DNA from: Psilocybe cubensis | Lineage: Eukaryota | Reading direction: 5' to 3' | NCBI GenBank assembly: GCA_017499595.2 | Contig: CM039007.1 | Coordinates: 2,170,001-2,234,000, forward strand | Length of the DNA: 64,000 bases | Part shown: one piece after another, positions 1-11,824 of the stretch | How the letters are laid out: every line of letters begins with the position of its first letter | Numbering within the stretch: the stretch's first letter is position 1 | Made by a program: the position numbers and the translations under genes | Notes under the pieces: model-generated | Seen by the model: the letters and a program-made list of their open reading frames with translations, nothing else | Told to the model about the DNA's origin: nothing | Database searches by the model: none

Positions 1-3000
1 CTCGGACATAATATGAGACGGGTCGCGCTCCATGATGAGCCCAGCGGGTATAGAGAGTAAATCTGGTTCGACGTCTCCAGGCCCAACCATAGGAATATTT
101 TCAACACGACATACAAACCGCGAGAAACCAGACGGTCTACGCGACAGGACTTCCACCCAACCTGACCGCGGCAATGCCCGAATAGTGACCAATGAGTTGC
201 CCATCAACCACGTCTTTTCGGTTCCATCCATTTCAGAAGTGGTTTTCGAGGGGTTGAGGACGATGTCACTGAATACCGAATTGGCAGGGCGGGGATCGGC
301 GCTGGCGTACGTGTAACGGGCAAGCCAATCGAAGCATACTTCTGTCGGCTCATCCACCTCGATATTGCCCTCGTTGGCAAGAAGAAGTTGGCGAGTGATG
401 TAACGAATATGTCGAGGCCGATCAGGAAGTTTAAGAGCCAAAAACCAGATGTAAACCGCGGAATACGACAATACTCGTACGTGCTGGGATAAAGCCCATG
501 ACATGGTTGGAGAAGAGTTTAGTCGATTGTAATGTTGTAAATACTGAAGGGCAACACCAAACACCATCTTGAAGTCCATCTCTGTGAAATTGGCGTACAA
601 GGAAGGGAGAGAACCTATGATTGACAAAAATCCGAGTATGTGCACGGCCATGTTTGGGTTGGACATAATTTGAGAAAGTTTCTCAAGTATGCGCGAAAGA
701 CAACGCGTCATGGATGGCTGAAGCTCAAATGCGGAGAGTGAGAGGGCATGTAAACAGCATTTAATTGTTGCCAGTTGTCCATTAAGGCCTGCTTGGAACA
801 CCTCAACTAATAGATGCCGCTGCTGTAGATCGAAACACCTTCTATAACTGACCAATACTGATAAAGTCTGGTACGCCAACCCATGCGCGTCGCGGCTCTT
901 CAGGCCTGTCGGCCATTGATCGATATAAGAGCCAAGATCGCCGTTGAGAATCCCGGTGCAAATGATTGAAAGCATTTTTGAAATTGCTGCGCGGGATTTC
1001 GGTCCACAGAAAAGATGTTTATTTGCAAGTTGAACAGGAAGATGACAAAGAACATATGAGAGAATCTCCCAGCTCGATTCTTTCTCCAAAATCCCATTAA
1101 TCATAAGAAGATATTGAGATATGGGTAGAACCAATATTCTGTCGGGGCCTTCTGGATCATAGGATACGAGAACCTCACTGGGCGAGTCGGGGCCGTATAC
1201 CGTGAATGGCATGGTCTCTGGAATTGACCATAGACTCTCCAGAGGCTTGACTGGTGGGGGTGGAGGTGGTGCATTGCGAGACCTGCTACGGCTTGGTTCT
1301 GAACGAGAGGGAATTCCAGCACCTCGGCCACGCGAAATTTGTCGACCTGCTCTCTCCTGCGGGAAACGGGCACGTGCTCGTCTGATATCGCTCGCCTCTA
1401 GACCTGCAGCAGCGTCGTCCGGCCCTCTTTCTGCTCCTGACCGTAACTCTGAGCCTGTACGGTTTATCAGTGCACCAAGAGACGCGACTAAGCCGTTTGG
1501 ATCGTAGTTGGTGCTGACAAAGTACAGACTATGATCCCGATCGGCTCGAATGTGCATGAGGAATTGTAAGGCAGTAAGGCGAGCGCGCACAGACTGGCCA
1601 TCAATGATAACTGAGAGCAGCATATGATACACACGGATAGCGAGTAGCAAATTTTTGTGCTGCAATGAGAATGGCGTAAAGACGAGCTGACTGAAGATTT
1701 CGACGAGGGCAGATATGGCTGAGACATCGCGGGGAATCAAGTTGGAAGCTGGCACTAATGGTGATGGAGCCTGAGAATCATCTTTGGCCTCTTCCTGTGA
1801 CTGGGTGGGAGGTTGAACTGATTGAGAACGCGAGGTACTGCCTCCTGCAGCTAACGACGACAAAAGAGACATTACCGACGGCAACTCCGAATGTGTCCTT
1901 GTCGCACTAGGAGTATTGGACAATTGTCCAGTAGCAGTTATAGTAGCAGGCGAGTGAGTGTCTGCTGTATAATTTGAAGCAGTGTCCAAGCTATCATCGT
2001 CATCTTGCGTTCTCTCTGACGCGACGGAGACCAGCAATTGCAAAAACTTTGTTATTGCTTCCGCTCCTTCTGTATCATCCTCATCCTGCTCATCGCTCCT
2101 CAGAACGATTTCTTCACCTATGAGTTTCCACATGATATCAGCATCGTCGCTCTGGCCTCCGGGTTGGCCGACCAAACCCCCACAAAATTCCCATACCAAA
2201 TCACCCAAAGGTCTTCGGTAGCTTGTCATATCCTTGACGTCTTCATAAACAGAGTGCAATGTGTCCATGATGGCCCGCCGGGTTTGTGGACGGTCCGGAC
2301 TGACTAGTGTCTCATTAGACAAAAGTTGTTTCCAATGAACAAGCCAGTCTGGTGAAATGGGAGACAGATCATTTTGGTCGGTCATGAGAAATGGCAGGCG
2401 GGCAGTGTCCTCATCGGTCAGATGTTCAGCAACGTGGATCAGAATTGTTGAAAGAAGAGGATTCAATGCTCTGGAGTGATCACGGGATAGTAATGACGAA
2501 ATCGTTCGAAGGATGGGCGTGGGCGCGTCCCCAGGATGACCGAGGGGTATGGTGAAGGGAGTGCCATCGACATTTCTAGACGCCAACCGGAGATGAACTC
2601 TAAGCAACATTTTGAAGGACTTTTTGTATGACTCACTTTAGCGGTAGTACGTAATCGGATAGCCTTCGCAATGTCTCGCCGACAATAGTCGCCTCTTCTT
2701 CGTCCAGTGACCCATTTTCATCATCCCTGAGGTCGAGTTCGCTCAGAATATCTTTGATGACGCCTGCAGCTTCTTCGAGGACTTCGTCCTTCCCTTCACT
2801 TCCTCTCTGCCAAATCTGCTTCTTTTCGGTTTCTGATTTCGCGACTAAATCTTCCACGCGATAGTCCACCCAGGCTTTTACACTATCAGCCAAAACCATA
2901 CCAAGTCTGGCCGCATCCCATCCATTCCCGCTAACACCCATAGTTGCAGCTGTAAAATCATCTTTGGGCCATGCCTTCTCCATGAAGTCGACGTGCAAAT

Positions 3001-4429
3001 CCATATGTCCAGGAGCGCCAGATGGGTTATAACCAAGGGAGGTGTCTCGTGAAATAAACGCCCGCGCAATGCGTGTAAACAAAGCACGACGGACGTAGTT
3101 TCTGAAAGTCCTATGTGCACCAAGACGCGTCATTAGGGACGTGCGGAACATTAACAATTGGGATTGCTGGTCATGGGATGCCCCACCCTTTGTTCTACGA
3201 GGGGGAAGATGTTCTGCTCCCAAGTTAGTTGGAGGGTACAGGTAGGCCTTGAGTACGAGCATGCACATCGTGCCATATGGGCCTGAGAATAAAGATGACA
3301 ACATGTCTGTTATCTTGCCTTCTAAATTGTCATTATCTTTTTTCCGAGTTTGCAGAATTGACAAGGACAGTCGTGGAAGAGGGTCTGCGGAGAAGGACAG
3401 TGCACGGAACAAAAGAGGGAGGATTAAATTGAGTTGAGTAGGTGGAAGTGTCTTTATGTGTGCCGTTAGATGGTTCAGATATAAAGTAATCGCTAGTTCT
3501 GCAGGGTGTTTGAAAGTTGGCTGTGAAGATGGATTGGAGCCCAAGGACGGAATCGAAGACGATGATAGCGATGACAAGTTGCGGCGATGACCGGCTGAAG
3601 CAAGTATGGGGTTGGACGTAGAGCTGGAAGCGTTACTTGTGGGGGAGGTAGGGGGACGAGGTTCCCGAATGACATCCGAAGGAATGAGTATAGCTCGATC
3701 GACTAGACTAGCATAGAAGCCCAAGACTCCGGCCATTTCCTCGTCAGGTATGCGTGAAATATTTTCTGGTCTTGTCAGAATGTCATTAAGAAATTTGACG
3801 AGCAATTCTACGCTGCGTTCCCGCTCTTTCATCTCGGTACGGTCGTGTGATGTCGGTAAATTCAATAGGCCATCAAATGCGCCTTCGATCCAATCATGCA
3901 GCAATTGGATTAGGACATGTTCAATTCCCATGATTTCTGACCCATATCTTGTGAGAGCGCGAAGGGCCTTAAATTTGGGCTCCCACAAATCCATCCTCCA
4001 AGATGTCGATCCACCTAGAAACAGGGAGAAATAAGACAGCCTCTCTGCAACCCCCAAAGACAATGCCTCATGATTCTCCCAATAAGCAGACAGTATGTCA
4101 TATCCAGCTGCTTGAAGGTTTGGTACTGATTTGGCATCGTTGCACAAAGAACTGAGAAGTGGGTTGAGGGCGTCGTGTCGAGGAAGCGGGGAGCAGTTGG
4201 ACAGTATGCCTGCAAGCGACCGAGCATGTATTAAACTTGGAACAGCCGGTGGACTCAGTTCATGTATAAGCTCATTCAAGGAGAGTGGCTGTTGTACTGC
4301 TGGTGGGGGCGTTGGGGATAGTGCAGGCTCTGCACGTTTGCGAAATGGATTGAAAGACGGAAAGGCCGAAGTGGTGTTTGCCCTTGGACGCAAGGCTCTA
4401 GCGGGTGGCTCTGGTTCCTGTCGGGACAT
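1..4429 (-). CDS. TSC2: Tuberin/TSC2-like protein (Rheb GAP), multi-exon, 3' part beyond the left edge
   Basis: 598-aa helical first exon (4429-~2637, GTGAGT donor). Downstream minus-strand exons read 'KCCLHALSLSAFELQPSMTRCL', 'YANFTEMDFKMVFGVALQY' and 'EVCFDWLARYTYASADPRP', which resemble the fungal tuberin domain. The GAP domain is not in the window. Confidence 0.8.
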
Positions 4430-6444
4430 TCATAAAGAGCTTTGGGACTGTAAGAGTAGTTGAGTGTGGCAGCAGTCGAGTAGATCTATGCATAAGATAC
4501 CTTGATCGTCAAAGAGAGAGACAAAGCAACAACTCGCCTCTTAGTCCCGAATTTAAACACATGTGACCTCCATTTCAATTCCCCATCAATGTCCCTCTTT
4601 CAATCGAACAGCCACCAAAAACTCTTAATTCTTATGATAGCGTCATCGTGTCCCTTGCTGCCCTGAAAAATAATGAGTGTATTTTCAAATCTTTAGGCGC
4701 TCACTTGTGTGGTAAAAGTGGTTTAGTACTATCTCATTTTCTCCGTATTTACCCCTTTTGTATCGGTCTTTCCTCGGAGAGAAACAGTCCGACTAGAGGG
4801 CGACACGTCCACTCTTCTCCAAAAGGATCGCGGATTTTGTGCATTGATTATCTACCTGACTTGCAGCACAACTCAAGCAACGATTACAGATATTTCATTC
4901 TACAGCCTCAATCACTGCTTTTTTAGGAGTCACCAATGGTGGTCATTCTCGTAAATCTCGTCTTGGTCAATTAGGTGTCAATTCTGAAAGACAATCATCT
5001 CAGATCCGAATAAGCCACGTAGGGATATATAGCACAAGAACAATATCGATACTCTTTTTCAATCTTCTTTGTTGTCGATTCAATGTCCTTCAATTTGGCT
5101 CGGTGCTGTGACTACTCTGATGACAGCCAGCAGTTCACCGCTGCTGTCCCGAACATGAAACCCTAGCCCGGTCTGGATCATGCCTGTATTCGATACAGTG
5201 GGTTTATCTTTTTGGTATGATGTATTTACCCGTATAGTACAGAATATGACATTTGTCCTCGATGCATTACTCTCGAATCCTCTCAATGCTATCTGTCACC
5301 CAGAGAAGACTAGCCTTGAATTATCCTCCTAGTGTCATGGAAGCTGTTGTTTATATCTTCAGATATCTCATGGTGTCACCCAGATATAAGGAATACATTT
5401 AAGTTCGACACAAAGTCAGCTAGGATTTTAGAATCCTTTGGATTCAGTGTAAATACACATTCATACAGAATTTATGATTCAAATGGGCGGCAGGGTGTTA
5501 ATAAATTCAATGAACGTATTGTTAAAGTGAATCACTGGTTTAGGTGATCCAGTACGATGTGAGAACTATCAAAGGATATAATGAAGTCCGTTGTATGGCT
5601 AAGGTATAAAATCAAATGATACTGTGAAAGTCGGTGACCCTATCATTTGTCCTCTAGTGGTGAGGCACCCCGGTGTAGGACATGCCACAAAGCCAGACAA
5701 TGGAACACAATCATCATCCTTGAATGAAGCTCGGTCACTTGCCCTTGAACTTCTTCAAACGGTACCTCCAATCTTAGTTTCAGATGTTTTGAAAGGGGCC
5801 GACTTACCGGCGCTTATTAGTACGACTTTCGGAAGACTTGAACTTGATTGTCATTTATTTCAATCGATTTTATTAAAAAATCCGGAGCACAGAAATGATG
5901 TTGTTGAGTTACGACAGTGCAGCCTCGAGTAATTCCCTGAATAGAAATTTCTACCAAATTCCTTCTACAGGATTTGAATTGAAACCAATCTGTTCCGTCA
6001 TCATTGCTACTCATAGTAGTAGGTACTACTCGGACTTGTTTAGCCTTTCATCCGTGATTCCATAGTATTGGGTCCGTCTGCCAAGCCACAGTGCGCCACA
6101 ATGCATCCTTTTTGTACTCACATACTATCCACTTTTGGGCAGGTCGTCCACAGTCCAAATACTACAATTCATAGGCATCATTCCGATACCCACAGGCACA
6201 AGTAAGAAATACCGCAACGGTTTGAATAATACTATTTCAAAAGTTCGTTTCGGCAGTAAATTACAACTCGATGTCCATACAACAGCTCACAAACCAAACA
6301 ACTAAAGATAGCCAGGGTATCAGGAACTTTTACCGCGAACTATCTTACCAAAGATCAACGACCTTGAACCCAAGAAAAGAAGTGTTTCGTAACCAACTCT
6401 CCATTGTATCGCCTGCATTTGCGAAGCTTCAAGACGGCAAATGT

Positions 6445-7318
6445 TTAGTTGGGGTCGCTGATGGGGACGCCGTTCTTGCACCATCCGTCGGAATTGATGA
6501 TGAAGTCGATGGAACCATCGGGTTGGCTCTGTCCTCCGCGGTTGTCTGCAGTGGACGCGTCATGGCACTTGGTGAACAAGGAGCAGGTGAGTTGGGTGCT
6601 TCCTCCCTACAGAATATAATACAAAACATGAGTATATTTTCCAAAACACCGCGTTGTGCTTCTTACCTTTCCGTTGACATCGTGATAGGCTTTGGAGGGA
6701 TTAGAAGGGAGTAAACGTTTGGGATGAGTGTTGCGACTCACAGTTGACGAAGTTGCAGCCAGCGACGCTGTTGCACATGGCCTTACATTCTGAAAGGGAA
6801 AAGGGTATGTTAGAATGGCTTTAGAATTTACCTGGACGCTCAGTTTGCTCACCAGCAACGGTGTCTACGAGACCGAAGGTTTGGAAGTCATCTGCCTGAG
6901 TGGCACCAGTAATGTTGCTGAAGGTTTGGGTGTATCCGTCGTTGGCGGGGGGCGGAGGGGGAGGGGGAGGTGGGTGGGGGCAGTGAATCGCGTAGGGGAA
7001 GTAATCCAAGATCTTGCAAATAATCTGGCAGAAGAACACCCATCGTCAATATCCATTTGGTCTTTCAGTGCGAGATGAACAAGGAACACGTACTCCAGAG
7101 AGGCAGGGGATCTCAGGGTACAAGTGCGGGCTGTTACCGAAGTACCAACCGGGCTTGCCCTGTGGGTGCCAAGGAGGCAAGGGGGACCCGTAGTGGTTGG
7201 TCTGGGTCAAGTCGAACCCAATGACGCCGGTGAGGTCGAATCCGAAGATAGTGACTGGCGACGCGGCGACACCAGAGACAGCAACAGCAGCGGCAGAAGC
7301 AAGAGTGGCAAAACGCAT
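6445..7318 (-). CDS. Secreted Cys-rich protein with poly-Pro linker, resembling the basidiomycete fruiting-body-specific protein family; multi-exon
   Basis: Signal peptide MRFATLASAAAVAVSGVAASP and a Pro run. Spliced exons give 'GYTQTFSNITGATQADDFQTFGLVDTV..CKAMCNSVAGCNFVN.YHDVNGK..LTCSLFTKCH..DNRGGQSQPDGSIDFIINSDGWCK', ending at TAA 6445-6447. GT-AG introns include a ~23-nt micro-exon near 6667-6689. Confidence 0.7.
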
Positions 7319-8837
7319 CGTAACGGCGATAGCTAGAGCAGAAACGCGAAGCTGTCGAACGGTTTCAAGACCCAAAAGGTGGGTCTTTTATATTCAAGGA
7401 TACCATAGCGGCAGCATGCGCGGATATGGGGATGCCGCTGTTAAGTTGGGAGTTGGCAATCGCTTGCAATAATCGGCACCGTCTTCTTGTTCGCAAGTTC
7501 TAGGCACCCTCGTTGCTGATGCAGGTGTCGAAAGCTTCTGTGCCTTCGTAGAATTAATGTTATAGTGGGCAAGCCTGCGTAAAACTTCATCACTTTTTCA
7601 CGCAGTCAGGATTTGACATGTGAGGGAAAATATCATTTGATCCGTCGTCCTCGTTATTCAATTGGTTCAAATTGGTTGAAAATAACCCATTCGAGTCGTG
7701 AATGGTGTCAAACAAAAAGACAACGCGTACTCCAAGAGAGTAGATGACCTTCACCTAGGAGGCGATGTAAGAATGCGTACATTTAACTAAGATTTAACTA
7801 GCAAAGGACTGACCTAATAGAAGAAAAGGCAAGTGCCACAACCCGAGTGGGTGTACATTGTAAAGTCCTATTTGAATTCAGGGGCACTGAACTGCCAGTT
7901 CCAATTCTCGGGCATAACAGCTCGCTGACACACGTCGAATCTAGAGCGACGTGATATCTTGCCTCTAAACACCGCTGATGGAAAGGCCCGGGCAGGGCTT
8001 CTCTTTGTCTGAAGGAACGGCGGCATGGGTGTTGGCCATTATAATGTATGACAATTTAGCACAAACCGCGTTACCTCCATGCCGCCATCCGGCAGGCGCT
8101 TCGTTTCGCTGGCATTTCACTACACCGAAAGGTGAACGCGAGGGCAGTCCTTCATTTACCGCTCGTCCCCCGGAATAACAACATCGGATCACAGAAACGC
8201 TTCCCACAATGACGTGGAAAAAAACACCTCAGCTCGCTGGCCGTAGTGGCGGACGTACGCCGCATGAACTTTTCGTGTGTCCACGACAAGGAAACATATC
8301 AGAAATATCTGCAGATCTTTCAATCAGAAGAATGTCTTTCCAGCGAGACAGCGGTTAGATCCTATGTCAGGGTTGATGCTGTTATGGGCTGTAAGCACAC
8401 CGCTGCTATCAGCGACCACAGGACACAGGTCGAACAAAGGCGACACTTGAAGAATATATCACATCAATCGCCAGCCAGACTCGCCGACTAATCAGCGAAA
8501 GAGGCTATTAAAATCCATAAAAAAGAAGGACATGCAGGAAAACAAGATAAAGCCTTTCTTCCACATGTCCCCATGGGCAGCGGGGTAATAGTCATCATCT
8601 GGTATTAATTTGAAACGTTCCTGAAGGTGCATGTTGTTGACATTGACTCATTCACGGTGTCATTATCCAATATCCATCCATCCAGCCATGGCTATCAATT
8701 GTTGTGCTCCAATCCCGAACAAAATGCTGCACGGCAAAGTATGCAGGGATGGAGTCTGCGTACATTGCACAATTACCGCCTTGTTCTCCCTCTCGGATCA
8801 GAAGCAAAGGAACACGAAGCTAATGGAGAGCAAAAAA

Positions 8838-11075
8838 TCAAGCCGAGGAGTCCTTTTCCTTTTCTTTCACGTCGACTTCGTGCTGACTGGCTGATTCCAA
8901 TGATGCAGTTGTGGCATCAACTTCTTCTCCCAAAATTGCATGATCCATGAAAGTCTCATGCGCTGGAAAGGCCTTTGAAAGGACCAAATACACACCGCCT
9001 CCACAGAAAAACTGTCAAAAGATACCCAGATAATATTAGTTAAGGTTAGAAGCAGACAGGAATCTTGAAAGCTTGTGAACCGGTGTACGCACCCCGTATA
9101 TCCAGGCAATGTTGAAGAGGAAGGATGCGTTCCCGACAGGTATCTTTGGGTTAATATTGTTGATCAATCCTGGAAGAGTCGGTGTAATTGACACCAGAAG
9201 AGCAACGGCCGCTCTCCAGTTCTAGAAACAAAGATACAAGCACGGTGATTAGTTGGATGCCTACTTGGATCAGGAAGAAAGGTGACGCACAATTCCATTC
9301 CAGTAGCGGTATCTACCGTGCGGGTCGTACATGGCAGGAACGTCAACCTTTCCTGCATGCAATAGCCAATACTATCATGACATGGCACCCAACCAATCAG
9401 ATAAGTCAAAAATAACAACAACAAGTTGAATGAACTGACATCCGCGACCATGCTGTATTTATTTTGGTTATGTCAAATGAAGGACCGAAGATTATTGACA
9501 TTCAGCAACTTACATCCCGGCAAACGGTCCTAAGAAGACAGTATATCCCGACATAAATGACAAGAACCCTGGTGCTGACACCAGAATTTCCCAAGGGCAG
9601 AGAGCCCATGCACCAATGATCGCGCAGATAATCTGACCACGCTTAATATTGATGTAGTTTGGGAATAAGACCATCATGTCATTGGCTGCGCTGAGGCTGT
9701 TTGCGGATATATTAGTTCCCAGAGTGGCGAGAATGAAGCTGAAGGAAGCAAAGAAGGCAGCGGCTCGGTTGTCCCACTTGTCGATGAGGCGGAGGGGATC
9801 CCAGAGCACTTCGCCATAGAGAACTTCGCCTGCAGATGTCACGGCAATACCTTGAAGGAAATGTTTTGGATAAGTAGGGTTGTTTATGATTAATACCAAT
9901 TGGCACTGTAAAATCATTTACCCGTGAAACCAATCAGCGTAAATGCGACTGGAATGATGAATAGTTGCACATATTGACTAGACATTAAGATTCGTTTTAA
10001 TTTGGAAGGTCATAAATGAGCATTGTTACTCACGCCCGTTCATTTTTGGCATATCTCTGGCGATGTTTGGTCAGCGAAGTGTACGATATAGATAGATTAT
10101 GGATCGATGGCATACCGTAAAATCTGGGATGTTGACTGCTAGAGTAGAATAGATCCCCAATGCACTGTTCAAGGCGCTTAGCCAGGCCCAACTGAGAGCG
10201 CTACCACTGAGACTAGAGTGCAATGGCTCGAGACTCTGTCTTGCTGGAACTTTGACAAAAGACCAGATCAAGATGCTCAGCCAGGCAATGGGTACAATGA
10301 TTCCTTTAATAGTGAAGAAGTGTCTGATCTTTTGTGGAGAGATAAACATCAAAGGAAACTGGATAAGCCAGTAGAGGAAGTAGCACATCATGCCTGCGTG
10401 GGTCAACTGAGTATATTTCTGTTTGATAAGTAAAAATGAACAAGGCTGACCAACAGTGGTGATATGGGCCGATTCAGGTAAATGGTTAGGGACGCGTGCG
10501 ATAGAGGGCCATATTGCCTTGAGCATTTGATAAACGCATTCTGAACCAGTGAAAGTCTTTTTACAATGAGACAAGTTGTAGGTGGATATGATTTAGATGC
10601 CACATACCTGCACACCAAACCAAAACATTGCCAAAATTACCCGACTGACAACACTGAAGTAGCTGAGCCAAAAACCGAAAGAAGATCGGTTAAGAACAGG
10701 GAAGGCAATATGAAGACGTGCGCCAATAGTTCCATTAAGAACCATGACAATCTGAGGAACATGGTAAGCGTCAATGTTTGAAAATTAAAGCAAAGAAAAT
10801 TGACGTACAGCGATCATAATGTTTCCGACAGCTATGGCGGGAGTTGCTTGCCTCCACGAAAGTCCGATAGCTAGCATAGAGCTAGCTAGCTGCCAGACTG
10901 CAGCGTTAGTCGCATCGGAGACCCAGTACGCGACAAAATCCCAAGTCGTCCATGTCCGTTCCTCTGGTATCACAGGATCCATGTCATAGTTGCTCCATCT
11001 CGAATTGGGCCCAAACTTGGAGGGCCGTTCTTGGTTGAGTGCCCACTTGGAGGGTTTCAAGAAGTCTGGAGTCAT
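8838..11075 (-). CDS. NCS1-family (Fur4/Dal4-like) uracil/allantoin/nucleobase permease, multi-exon
   Basis: 'RWSNYDMDPVIPEERTWTTWDFVAYWVSD', 'YSTLAVNIPDFT', 'LATLGTNISANS', 'PWEIL..APGFLSFMSGYTVFLGP' and 'YRYWNGI..WRAAVAL' are NCS1 motifs, with many hydrophobic segments. Stop TGA 8838-8840. The start codon is uncertain (ATG 11075; the frame is open to ~11147). Confidence 0.9.
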
Positions 11076-11149
11076 TCCCTCGTAAAAGTCTTCAAGGTCG
11101 AAGTCGTGGTCGTGGAAGGAAAGCGCCTTGGACCTGGGAAAGGACAAAC

Positions 11150-11520
11150 GAGGATGATATGATGGAACTACGAAGAGGAAACATATTTAGTTTATCGTAT
11201 ATATCAGAGATACCATATGGACGTGGATAGATAAGCTGACCTCTAGGCTTTCAGACTGGAGTTACACGACGCCGAGAAAGGGTCGAGTTGCTGAGTCTGG
11301 TGAATTTGCGCTTTTGTACCTGCAAAAAATTGAAGGTTAAAGGGTCTGGCGGCATCATTTTGAATAAGGAGGGCCCGATTTTGATAAGACATTCGGTGGG
11401 CTACGATACTCACTGGCCGAAGGTGGCAATAAGCTGGAGGTGAGAAAAACGATGTTGGAGATGAACTGAAAGGGGAATTCGGCTCTCATGCGATAGATAA
11501 CGAGAAATCCACAAATAACG
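11150..11520. promoter_or_regulatory. Cluster of GATA(A) sites in the NCS1/FIG4 divergent intergenic region, possible nitrogen-regulation sites
   Basis: GATAGATAAG ~11226, GATAAG ~11383, GATAGATAAC ~11491 and TTATC ~11192, upstream of a nitrogen-scavenging permease. AreA/Gln3-type factors bind HGATAR. Confidence 0.35.
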
Positions 11521-11824
11521 ACGAGTGACTAGAATCAAGAAAATAGCATTGTAGATAGAAGTAGTTTATTGAAGTGATTTTTGTTATAAACCATATCAAG
11601 AACTCGTTGGAACCTTGTAGAGTCAGACATAGTCCAAACACGCATTGTTGTGGTTGCCTGGAGAGGAAGAAAGAATTACGTAACCTCAGTAAGGGCTTGA
11701 TGTCCGTGACCGTGATGGTACTACTACCTTCCTTCCCCCAAGTGCGCACCGCACTCATAATGAACATCATCCGATGACCCCCAATCATCTGCAGTCTTCA
11801 AAGTACATAATACACGCCTTATGA

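Noticed and set aside
4500..6400. Short ORFs between TSC2 and the secreted-protein gene
   Set aside because: No recognisable motifs or consistent exon chain; treated as intergenic.
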